Positions 1 to 8,242 of a DNA stretch of 33,353 nt are shown here, piece by piece (position 1 is the first letter of the stretch; the number at the start of each line of letters is the position of its first letter). The stretch comes from Candidatus Magasanikbacteria bacterium RIFCSPHIGHO2_02_FULL_47_14 (lineage in GTDB: Bacteria > Patescibacteriota > Patescibacteriia > Magasanikbacterales > UBA922): contig MFQB01000012.1 in NCBI GenBank assembly GCA_001784275.1, positions 1 through 33,353 on the forward strand, read 5' to 3'. The position numbers and the translations under genes were made by a program. The notes beneath the pieces are model-generated. The model worked only from the letters and a program-made list of their open reading frames with translations, was not told the origin of the DNA and searched no databases.

Positions 1-477
1 CTCAGGTACCGTCATTAGTTCTTCCCTGAGAAAAGCAGTTTACACCCCGAAGGGCTTCTTCCTGCACGCGGCGTCGCTCCATCAGACTTTCGTCCATTGT
101 GGAATATTCTTGACTGCAGCCTCCCGTAGGAGTCTGGGCAGTTTCTCAGTCCCAGTGAGGCAGGTCACGCTCTCACGCCTGCTACCCGTCATAGCCTTGG
201 TACGCCATTACCGTACCAACTAGCTGATAGGACATAGGCCCCTCTCCGAGCGAAAAATCATTTACATGTGAATGTCTTATGACCCCACATGTCTATCGGG
301 TATTAATCCACCTTTCGGTGGGCTATCCCCGTCTCGGAGGTAGGTTACCAGTGTGTTACTCACCCGTCTGCCGGTCAGTGCTTCAATGTATTGCTACAGC
401 AAAGCCTGTCCCTCGACTTGCATGCCTTAGACACGCCGCCAACGTTCATCCTGAGCCAGGATCAAACTCTCAAAAAA
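1..477 (-). rRNA. rrs: 16S rRNA, 5' ~470 nt; the gene continues past the left window edge
   Basis: The reverse complement of 451-470 is AGAGTTTGATCCTGGCTCAG (27F site). The reverse complement of 113-133 is ACTCCTACGGGAGGCTGCAGT (338-357 region). The spacing between the two sites is E. coli-like, so there is no insertion. Confidence 0.95.
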
Positions 478-765
478 GAGAGTTGAATCCCTGATTCAAA
501 ATCAGGAGAAATTTTTATTGTTTTAGGATAGACGTTTCCCTTCCTCTCCCGCAAGCGGGACAGGTCGGGTTACGATTCTTGTCACATTTTTATTGTGAAC
601 CTTACTTGTTTTGGTTGTTGGCTGGTAAATTGTAACGAACAAAAAAGAAACCTGTTTCATGCATTGATTCTCATAGGATTCAGTACATGAATAAGTTTCT
701 CTTTTCCTAGTATCCGGGGACTTGGGAAACAGGTATATTGTAAACGTTTTTTCTAGTGCTCCAGC

Positions 766-794
766 ATTATATAGAAGTGCCAGGAGGTTGTCAA
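766..794 (-). promoter_or_regulatory. Candidate rRNA operon promoter, TTGACA-N17-TATAAT
   Basis: Minus strand reads TTGACA (789-794), a 17-nt spacer, then TATAAT (766-771). It lies ~280 nt upstream of the mature 16S 5' end, in the trmD-16S intergenic region. Confidence 0.6.
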
Positions 795-824
795 GGGGAA
801 AAACTGTGGAGGGTGTGGGGATAA

Positions 825-1523
825 TTACCCTGGTTGTTTTTTACGCCACTCTTCTATTTTTTTATGGTCTCCAGAAAGCAAAACATCTGGTACTTTCCAG
901 CCATGAAACTCGGCTGGTTTGGTATAGTGAGGGTACTCTTTTTCGAGGCTGCTATGAGTTTCTTCGACAAGAGAATCTGGGTTGCCGAGTACGCCTGGAA
1001 TCAGTCGTGCAATAGCTTCAATGATAATAAGCGCACCCAGTTCACCACCAGCCAAAACGTAGGGACCGACCGAAATCTCTTCATCTACGAGATGGTCAAC
1101 AACGCGCTGATCAATGCCTTCGTAGCGACCGCAGATTAATACAAGTTCATCTAATTTGCCCCACTCCTCTGCCACGCGCTGGTCAAACTGACGGCCGCGT
1201 GGCGACAACAACACCACGCGCTTTCTTTTCTGAACAACTTTTCCTGTGACAATCCGTTGCACCTTTTTTAAACCAGAGATAGCAGAAAATGGCAAAGCGT
1301 CAATGCTTTCAAGAGCCTTATAGATCGGCTCTGGTTTCATCACCATTCCGGGGCCGCCCCCATATGGGGTGTCGTCAACGGTTTTGTGTTTGTCTGTCGA
1401 GAAGTCGCGGATGTCTGTCGCCTGAACAATTATCTTTCCCGTTTGCTGCGCTCGTTGTAAAATAGTGGCAGCACAATACTGGGTGACCAAGTTTGGAAAA
1501 ACAGAGAGAATCTGAAATCTCAT
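825..1523 (-). CDS. trmD: tRNA (guanine37-N1)-methyltransferase TrmD
   Basis: 232-aa ORF with an ATG start. It carries the TrmD signature DDTPYGGGPGMVMKPEP and a C-terminal LLSGDHKKIEEWR. Confidence 0.93.
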   Translation of the reverse strand: MRFQILSVFPNLVTQYCAATILQRAQQTGKIIVQATDIRDFSTDKHKTVDDTPYGGGPGMVMKPEPIYKALESIDALPFSAISGLKKVQRIVTGKVVQKRKRVVLLSPRGRQFDQRVAEEWGKLDELVLICGRYEGIDQRVVDHLVDEEISVGPYVLAGGELGALIIIEAIARLIPGVLGNPDSLVEETHSSLEKEYPHYTKPAEFHGWKVPDVLLSGDHKKIEEWRKKQPG

Positions 1524-1526
1524 ATC

Positions 1527-2867
1527 TCATTTCCCTTTTTTGCCCGCGTCACCTTTTGGAAAAAAATTTGCCGTTACTTTCGCTGAGGCTGAATCGGAAG
1601 GCTTCTTTTTTCCAAAAAACATAAAACTATATACAAAGCCAATGGCAAGGATCGATACAAGTGGCACCCCCCACTTCTTTAGATCAATAAAAGAAAAGAG
1701 AGAAAATGTATCTGCGTCGGATGAAACGATGGTTCCCTGAGATAAAAGTTGCGCTGAAACACTATAATCGCCACTCGGTAAAGACGAGTCAAGAACTATT
1801 GTTCTTTCGATAGTCTCTTCACCCTGAGAAAGGGTATATGGAAAATGTTCTTCCCATACTATCGAGTCGTCTTCATTAACCAAAAGTAACTCAACAACCA
1901 GAGGAATTTGCTGTTGATTTGAGGGTATATTTCCTGCATGTGTCAACCTTATAGTAGTCTGAGCAACCCCCTGTCTCTTTCGTACTTGTTGAGGTACCAT
2001 GATATCTATAGACAATAAAGACTGCGCTACGTCAGAACGGACAACCTCAGCATATTCGAGGTCAGTATCAAAAATATTTTGGGTAACAGGATCAGTCGCG
2101 GTAACTTTAACGACATAACGACCCGGGGCTAAACCATAAGGGAAACGGTATACCCACTCACCATCGCCATCCGAGTTAACTGTTTCTTGCACAAGACCTT
2201 GATCAATGTTGATAGCAACCAATGCATATGGTAACTCACTATGCCCGCGTACCACAGGTCTATCATCACGCAGAAGCGACGTGGATGAAATCTTATTATC
2301 CAAATCAGTCAGTATCGATGTCTGTGGCCTCTCACCTGAGATATCTTGAGTTGTTGAACCCGCTTCATTTTTGTTTGTCTCAAACTCAGACTCGGCAGTG
2401 AATAGATACCGTGTCTGTGGACCTGGAACAACTGGTACATTTTGACCGTACGAAAGTATAGAAACTTCTTTTGGGGCAAAAAATGCCTCTGTCTCAACTT
2501 TTGAAGAAAATACAATCTCTGCAACAAGAGTATCGACATTAACTCCACCCAGTGCAGCAACGCTCCATTCAATTATGCCATTGTTTTGATCAATGTTGGG
2601 TTCCCGAACAAAAACAGTAAACGGGGGGTAAAAACGAATATCTTCAACATTAAGAGAACTCGTAGAAAAGGTAATTGTTCCTTGGACAGTGTCAATACGA
2701 AAGTCTCCAACTTTGAGCCATATCTGGGCTGGCGCTGGTTGTTTATCAAGACTGTACACCGCCGTAAGTGGCGAAATATACAAGGCCGCATCGCGAGCGA
2801 ATGCTGCGCTTGGGAGAAAAAAATAACTAAGAAATAATAAAAAAAGAAATAATAAAAAAAATCTCAT
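1527..2867 (-). CDS. Secreted, C-terminally membrane-anchored surface protein with a cohesin-like N-terminal domain and an Ig-like middle domain
   Basis: 446 aa with an ATG start. Signal peptide MRFFLLFLFLLFLSYFFLPSAAFA. The beta-rich segment at aa ~27-140 has a cohesin-like pattern (FSTSSLNVEDIRF ... NNGIIEWSVAALGG ... LVAEIVFS). GDGEWVYRFPYGLAPGRYVVKVTATD is Ig-like. There is a C-terminal TM followed by a KKKP stop-transfer. Only 3 nt separate it from trmD. Confidence 0.8.
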   Translation of the reverse strand: MRFFLLFLFLLFLSYFFLPSAAFARDAALYISPLTAVYSLDKQPAPAQIWLKVGDFRIDTVQGTITFSTSSLNVEDIRFYPPFTVFVREPNIDQNNGIIEWSVAALGGVNVDTLVAEIVFSSKVETEAFFAPKEVSILSYGQNVPVVPGPQTRYLFTAESEFETNKNEAGSTTQDISGERPQTSILTDLDNKISSTSLLRDDRPVVRGHSELPYALVAINIDQGLVQETVNSDGDGEWVYRFPYGLAPGRYVVKVTATDPVTQNIFDTDLEYAEVVRSDVAQSLLSIDIMVPQQVRKRQGVAQTTIRLTHAGNIPSNQQQIPLVVELLLVNEDDSIVWEEHFPYTLSQGEETIERTIVLDSSLPSGDYSVSAQLLSQGTIVSSDADTFSLFSFIDLKKWGVPLVSILAIGFVYSFMFFGKKKPSDSASAKVTANFFPKGDAGKKGK

Positions 2868-2902
2868 ATGTAGCTGAATAGATCTCTAAAAAGAGTAACA
2901 CG

Positions 2903-2931
2903 AGTATAGCATGTGATTTCATAAATGAAAA
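2903..2931 (-). promoter_or_regulatory. Candidate extended -10 promoter for the surface-protein/trmD unit
   Basis: Minus strand reads TTTTCA-N17-TATACT, with TGC immediately upstream of the -10 (aTGCTATACT). It lies ~35 nt upstream of the ATG at 2867. Confidence 0.3.
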
Positions 2932-2958
2932 CCACCCCGTATACGGGGTGGTTTTTTA
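2927..2958 (-). terminator. Intrinsic terminator (bidirectional shape) after the 377-aa surface protein gene
   Basis: 9-bp GC-rich stem ACCACCCCG / CGGGGTGGT (2931-2939 / 2944-2952) with a TATA loop. It is flanked by an A-run and a T-run and starts 11 nt downstream of the stop at 2969. Confidence 0.8.
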
Positions 2959-2968
2959 TATGTAATTT

Positions 2969-4102
2969 TTATTGGATATCCGGACCGTCTTCGTATGTTT
3001 CACTATCTGAGATGACCACAATTCGATCAAGTCGATATCCAAGTCTTTCAAACACTGCCTGATTCGTTACGTGTGATTTCTTTCCATCTACCAACCGATA
3101 TACTTTAGCGGAATTTGCATATTTAACCAATGTTCCATTCGGGTGGCTGTCGGAAACAGTAATCTCACCAGCTGACACGTACTTATCGAGCAGTGAGTCA
3201 GCTATATCTTCAACCCATTCCCATTTGTACCCAAGCGTGGCAAAGAGTTGTTCAGACGTTATCCAGTGTTTGTTGCCATTCAGTAAAAGGTATACTTTCG
3301 GATCGTTCACTGTTTTAACCAATGCGCCATATTTTGGATCATACTTGGAACCCCATGGCATAAAGCCGAGAGCATCTGCTGGTATTTTACTCAGCTCTGC
3401 TTCTGTCGTAATTTTTACATCGTTCCACGAGCTAAAGTAGCTAAAGAAAACACGCGGATTATTAAATGGACGTTTTGTACAAGAAAGAGTCACATAATAA
3501 ACAGAACGAGATCCGTTTGTTTTGTAGGCCATTCTTGTATCGAGTGGGCATGACTCTGACTGTTGACCAATAAGCAAACTGAGGTCCTTTTCATCTATGA
3601 CGCCATCTTTGTTAATATCTTCAGATACTTCATCTAAACTTGCAGGCACTTGTACAGGTGGAGTCACCTGACCTGCTGATACCAACTGAATGGAGCCGGT
3701 ATAAACAGTAGTACTCTTACCGGTCGAAGAATCACGGAACTTTACGTAAACCGTCTTAGTTCCATCTCCCGGTTCGAGGGTCCAGTCGAATTCTCCGTCA
3801 TATGGTTGCCAAGCTGCATTACTGAAATCTGCTCTATTTGACACTGCCATTTGATCAGCTGAGGCTTGTGGAACGTTTAAAGAAACGCTGGTGTTGCCGG
3901 TTGTCGCCGCACCTTTATTGATAACGACCACAAGCGCTGCACCAGGAGTAGAAGGTGATACGGTTGGTGCCGGAGATCCGCCTCCACCACCACCATATCC
4001 AAACGCTTGTTGGATCTGCCAGAACGATAAGAAAAATGCCGAGACGAGTATTGCCCCGACCAACGCAGCTCTAAAAGAGAGCACTTTTTGTATCACAACC
4101 AT
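2969..4102 (-). CDS. N-terminally anchored surface protein with a Gly/Pro/Ser/Thr linker, an Ig-like domain, a dockerin/EF-hand-like Ca2+ loop and C-terminal repeats
   Basis: 377 aa with an ATG start. It has an N-terminal TM, then GGGGGGSPAPTVSPSTPG. The segment INKGAATTGNTSVSLNV...KTVYVKFRD is a beta-sandwich type. DINKDGVIDEKD matches the DxNxDGxIDxxD loop (about 3584-3619). Repeated KVYxLxxGxKxxxTxxxxFxxLGY units sit near the C-terminus. Confidence 0.8.
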   Translation of the reverse strand: MVVIQKVLSFRAALVGAILVSAFFLSFWQIQQAFGYGGGGGGSPAPTVSPSTPGAALVVVINKGAATTGNTSVSLNVPQASADQMAVSNRADFSNAAWQPYDGEFDWTLEPGDGTKTVYVKFRDSSTGKSTTVYTGSIQLVSAGQVTPPVQVPASLDEVSEDINKDGVIDEKDLSLLIGQQSESCPLDTRMAYKTNGSRSVYYVTLSCTKRPFNNPRVFFSYFSSWNDVKITTEAELSKIPADALGFMPWGSKYDPKYGALVKTVNDPKVYLLLNGNKHWITSEQLFATLGYKWEWVEDIADSLLDKYVSAGEITVSDSHPNGTLVKYANSAKVYRLVDGKKSHVTNQAVFERLGYRLDRIVVISDSETYEDGPDIQ

Positions 4103-4147
4103 ATAGATGCGATTGAAAAAAGATGAATATTAATAGATGATGCGGTT

Positions 4148-4176
4148 ATCATAACACATTTTTTTTAATTTCACAA
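4148..4176 (-). promoter_or_regulatory. Candidate promoter for the 2969-4102 gene
   Basis: Minus strand reads TTGTGA (4171-4176), N17, then TATGAT (4148-4153). It lies ~45 nt upstream of the ATG at 4102. Confidence 0.4.
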
Positions 4177-4234
4177 TCATGTTGTCACACCTGTGGATAA
4201 GTATTTTCATTTAACCAAAAAATAGAAAGGATTG

Positions 4235-4243
4235 TGCTATAAG
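4235..4243 (+). promoter_or_regulatory. Candidate extended -10 element (TGCTATAAG) for the plus-strand GT-C operon
   Basis: TGC at 4235-4237 is followed by TATAAG at 4238-4243, ~48 nt upstream of the ATG at 4291. The -35 is weak. Confidence 0.3.
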
Positions 4244-4290
4244 ATTTTTTCTTTTAAAATGAACACGTCAGATAGTCTCGAATCAAAAAT

Positions 4291-5823
4291 ATGAATTATC
4301 GTAAAAAATTCTTTTTAATCACTTGTGCCTTTATATTACTTTGGGCTGGCATAACCAGAGTGTACAAATTGGACGAACAATCATGGTGGATGGACGAAGG
4401 CTATTCGGTAAATGCAGCACTTTCTACCATAGAAAAAGGATACCCGCTTTTACCGTCCGGGCTAGCGTACAACCAGCATATAGTCTATACGTATTTTCTT
4501 GCCGGCTCAATAAAAATTTTTGGCCTTTCAGAATGGAGCACCCGGGCTCCATCTGTTCTGGCGAGTATGCTAACTCTGCCGATCATTTTTTTCTTTACTA
4601 AAAAAATGATCGGCCCACGTGTCGCCTATCTTGCCACACTATTGGCATCTTTTTCTTACTGGGAAATTGCATGGGCAAGACAGGCACGATTCTATGCACT
4701 TTTTCAACTTACGTTTTGGGCTGCACTTTTTTTCTTCTGGAACGCTGTCACTTCTCGAAAAAAGATAGACTTTTTGTGGGCAGGTTTCTTTTCTTGTCTT
4801 ACCTTTTTTCTTCATCCTCTCGGCATTTTTTTGATTCCAATATACGTCGCCACTATCATAGTCACGCTGCTGAATATGCAAGGCGTCTCACTTCGTATGT
4901 GGTGGAGAAAAAACTGGCCCAGTATCGCTACCATCTCGCTGCTTCTTGCAGTAACAGGCATCTTCTTTTATAGACCAATATACGAAACATTTCGCGAGGT
5001 ATCGGTCCATCGTTTATTCTATTTACCGAAATATCTATCTTTTTTCCGAAACGGTACGCCGGGAGTTGCACTTCTTGCCGTGCTCTCCCTGCTCTTTCCT
5101 TTTGCCCATGACAAAAGACAGTCGCCAAGTCTGAACCCTGTATTGTATCTTTGGACAATTTTTCTCATTCCGTTCACCGGACTATCCTTTTTTGTATTCC
5201 TTCTTCAATACAGGTATGTTTTTATTATCCTCCCCGCACTTTTTATCTTAAGTGCTTTTTCGTTGATATCAATCTATGACTGGCTCGCAAACCGACATCA
5301 CCCGGTATACCGACTGGTCTATATCGGCGTAGTCCTGGTGTATTTTCTTGTATCACCTGAATTTCAAGTAACACCCACACCACAGTATGCACTCGAATCC
5401 GATAGACCCAACACCAAAGGATTCATTTCCTATACCCCGCAACCAAATTGGCAGGGTGCATATGACTATATCTTAAAAAATAAACGACAAGATGATATAC
5501 TTATCTCTGCGCAACCGGTCTTCACCTATATATACACCGGCGAACCGGGTCAGTGGATTTTTTATACCTTAACGAAAAAACCGGAGCGAGGCCGACCGCC
5601 AAAACCCGACGAACGTGATCCATACGTAGGGGCGAAAACGATAGTGACGAAAGAGAACCTCATGCAGACGATACTCAATAAACACGGATTTGTTGTCCTC
5701 GACTCGTTTGCGCGCGATGGCAGAATACCGACGGATATACTTACATACATAGAAAAAAAGTTGGTACTGCGTTATACGAATACATTTAATCGTTGGTCCA
5801 CTATATGGGTATATGAATTTTAG
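4291..5823 (+). CDS. GT-C fold membrane glycosyltransferase (ArnT / PMT, GT39/GT83-like)
   Basis: 510 aa, polytopic membrane protein. The first extracytoplasmic loop carries the acidic DE motif typical of ArnT/PMT enzymes (WWMDEGYSVNAAL). There is a C-terminal soluble domain of ~140 aa. Confidence 0.8.
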   Translation: MNYRKKFFLITCAFILLWAGITRVYKLDEQSWWMDEGYSVNAALSTIEKGYPLLPSGLAYNQHIVYTYFLAGSIKIFGLSEWSTRAPSVLASMLTLPIIFFFTKKMIGPRVAYLATLLASFSYWEIAWARQARFYALFQLTFWAALFFFWNAVTSRKKIDFLWAGFFSCLTFFLHPLGIFLIPIYVATIIVTLLNMQGVSLRMWWRKNWPSIATISLLLAVTGIFFYRPIYETFREVSVHRLFYLPKYLSFFRNGTPGVALLAVLSLLFPFAHDKRQSPSLNPVLYLWTIFLIPFTGLSFFVFLLQYRYVFIILPALFILSAFSLISIYDWLANRHHPVYRLVYIGVVLVYFLVSPEFQVTPTPQYALESDRPNTKGFISYTPQPNWQGAYDYILKNKRQDDILISAQPVFTYIYTGEPGQWIFYTLTKKPERGRPPKPDERDPYVGAKTIVTKENLMQTILNKHGFVVLDSFARDGRIPTDILTYIEKKLVLRYTNTFNRWSTIWVYEF

Positions 5824-5845
5824 TTTTTACTTTTTGTCCTAACCT

Positions 5846-8242
5846 ATGCCGACGGCACACAAAACGTCTCTTCCCGAGCTCATAAAACACAACAGGCTTC
5901 TCTCGGTCGCTTTAAGCATTACTGTCATTTTTTTTATATCTTTTTTCTTGTTTCATTTATATAAAGCTTTTTCTTACAGGACAGTGGAACAGACAGACTT
6001 TCATAACAACTCTTTTAAGAAAAAAGCCGGACAAAATTTATTTATTAATGAAAACGCCGGTGACTCTACAAAATTTCTTGAAACAATCATCATTAATGAC
6101 GTCCACACAAAAAAAATAATTGGATCACCCATTTCTTTTATCTGGAAACCGAAGCACTTTATCTTCAGCAAACAATTTGACCAAACTATCGACGTGTCAG
6201 TAACACTTCAAAGTAATACCCCGTGGTATCTGGAAGTCAGCCCTCGGTCGACGAAGACTACTTCTGGCACCACGACACCGCAACGATACCAGCTCTACTA
6301 CCCGGGGTTAAAAAATTATTCTCTCGCTGCGTCATTTTCTGATGTATCAGTCTATGCAAAAGAAGCAAAATCTTGGACCCCAAAAGATACACTCGTTGAA
6401 TGGGTCAAAGAAAATGTTCCACCTTTTTCTCAAATCCGTCTTTTGGAAGGAATCCGCCCGTTTGGTGTAGCTGACTTTGCCAATCCAATGATCGGCTTCG
6501 ACCCTAATACAGTTAAAACGTCGTTCCCGGGCTCGATACGCGGGCCACATTCGTTCTATGTATTTTTGAATAACGAAGTAGATATTGCCTTCAAAAAACA
6601 AGATTTAAATTGGTTTAAAGGTGAGGACACAGCGGCTATTGTGATACGAGATGTGTACGGTGAAGAAATATTGAGACAAGCTCTTGAGGATGATGGGGTT
6701 GACGCAGCGAAACCAGACATGTTTCGTCTACCTCAGCAGTATCAAATTCTCAAACCCCTCCCCTATACAGGTATCTACCGTATTGACTTTGAAGATATAA
6801 ACGAAACTTTGCAAAAAGACTGGGCTATCACCTCATTTGTTATCAACACGAATAAAATCGTCTTTGACGGGTCGCCTATATTTACCTCACCAATCTCCTT
6901 ATATACACAAATTCACCAGAAAAAAACCATTTCTGTGCGGCGAATGAAATCCGACGCTCCTGAGGTGATCTCTTTCACCGGTACAAGCACGACGACTGTT
7001 GACCTCTCAAAAATCGGAACCGCCGGACAAAAAGACATCGAGCTCGAGGCAGGGTCGTATACTATTCAACCAGCAGACTATACGGAACTACGCGGTTCAT
7101 TCTTTTCGTTCGATGAAGGTCATTACTTCGACCCTTTTATCTATTATCTGACGGACAGAAAAGACGCAGACATAGTCATAGGAAATTATACATTTATCAA
7201 AAATCCGATTGACCCGGATTGGATTACTGTAAAAAAATCTTTTAAATCCTCAACATTAATGCCGGAAAGTGGAAAATTTACCGAATCCGTCGAATTTTTG
7301 CTCTCTTCCCCTCTCATGGAAAAAAATCAAATTCTACTTGAGGAGCTGCTAACGAAAAACTACTTTCAACTGGAAGAGCAAGATAACGTGGTGTTGTGGG
7401 GAAAGAAAAAAATAAATGAAAATTTTTTTGACAGTATGACGAGCGCAGAACTTGATACTCTCGAGCCGCACCAACTCATTGAATTTAACTCACTTGAGGA
7501 ACTCTCCAAAAAAGTAGAGGGGATAAACCCTGGCATAGAAGCAGGGTCAGATATAACAACGGTCCTTAGCTTGCCACTTCGGGGAACACACATCTTTCTT
7601 GTATACACAACCGATATTATTGATCTCACGATCCATAAAGAAGATCTCAACCGAGAAGAGGGGGCGGATATGGCTTCTGTAGCGATATCAAACTTCGGAA
7701 GTGACAAGGTGCTTTGCGAGACAACAATTGCCGACGACGGAAACATAAGCTCAGATAAACGTACCGGGGCACGGGAAGGCCGGCTGCTTTGTGAAAACAT
7801 CCCGGAAGGAATCTACACAGTCACAGTATCCGGAGAAGACTTCCTTATCAAAAAAATGAAAATTAACACAAATAAAATTATGCTAAAAAACAAACTTTTT
7901 GTTCACGACACGGGAACGGATTACACCATCTACACTCAACCGGTGGTTCCAAATAGTATCGACATGCGACACTGGGGTCCTCAACAAAAACTGGCCGTGA
8001 CCCTTCCCACTCAAGAAGAACGCCTCCTTACTCTCAACGATGGTGAAAGAAAGAAAATTGAACTACCGTCGGGTCTTTCATCCTTTAGATTCTCTCCCGG
8101 AAGCAACCTCCTCATTGGCGGACACTTCTCTTTCAACGAACAATACCTGTTTGATCTTCCGATACTCCAAGGCAAGAACTTTGTGCTCACTCGCCTTACC
8201 CCGCCAGAAACACTCCAGTCGTTTAAGTTGGAAGTAAGATGA
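5846..8242 (+). CDS. Type II-anchored large extracytoplasmic protein of unknown function with an internal ~200-aa duplication
   Basis: 798 aa with a single N-terminal TM (LLSVALSITVIFFISFFLF) and a Thr/Ser-rich stretch SPRSTKTTSGTTTPQ. Residues ~229-430 and ~577-771 align with each other. I recognise no catalytic motif. Confidence 0.85.
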   Translation: MPTAHKTSLPELIKHNRLLSVALSITVIFFISFFLFHLYKAFSYRTVEQTDFHNNSFKKKAGQNLFINENAGDSTKFLETIIINDVHTKKIIGSPISFIWKPKHFIFSKQFDQTIDVSVTLQSNTPWYLEVSPRSTKTTSGTTTPQRYQLYYPGLKNYSLAASFSDVSVYAKEAKSWTPKDTLVEWVKENVPPFSQIRLLEGIRPFGVADFANPMIGFDPNTVKTSFPGSIRGPHSFYVFLNNEVDIAFKKQDLNWFKGEDTAAIVIRDVYGEEILRQALEDDGVDAAKPDMFRLPQQYQILKPLPYTGIYRIDFEDINETLQKDWAITSFVINTNKIVFDGSPIFTSPISLYTQIHQKKTISVRRMKSDAPEVISFTGTSTTTVDLSKIGTAGQKDIELEAGSYTIQPADYTELRGSFFSFDEGHYFDPFIYYLTDRKDADIVIGNYTFIKNPIDPDWITVKKSFKSSTLMPESGKFTESVEFLLSSPLMEKNQILLEELLTKNYFQLEEQDNVVLWGKKKINENFFDSMTSAELDTLEPHQLIEFNSLEELSKKVEGINPGIEAGSDITTVLSLPLRGTHIFLVYTTDIIDLTIHKEDLNREEGADMASVAISNFGSDKVLCETTIADDGNISSDKRTGAREGRLLCENIPEGIYTVTVSGEDFLIKKMKINTNKIMLKNKLFVHDTGTDYTIYTQPVVPNSIDMRHWGPQQKLAVTLPTQEERLLTLNDGERKKIELPSGLSSFRFSPGSNLLIGGHFSFNEQYLFDLPILQGKNFVLTRLTPPETLQSFKLEVR

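Noticed and set aside
279-1015. ORFs 279-494, 722-1015 and 834-1139.
   Set aside because: The first lies inside the 16S rRNA. The second starts with TTG and spans the rRNA promoter and the trmD 3' end. The third is antisense to trmD. None has coding support.
7366-7800. A 144-aa antisense ORF inside the 798-aa ectoprotein gene.
   Set aside because: The translation is Ser-rich and low in complexity, with no start-site context. The sense frame shows a coherent repeat architecture.
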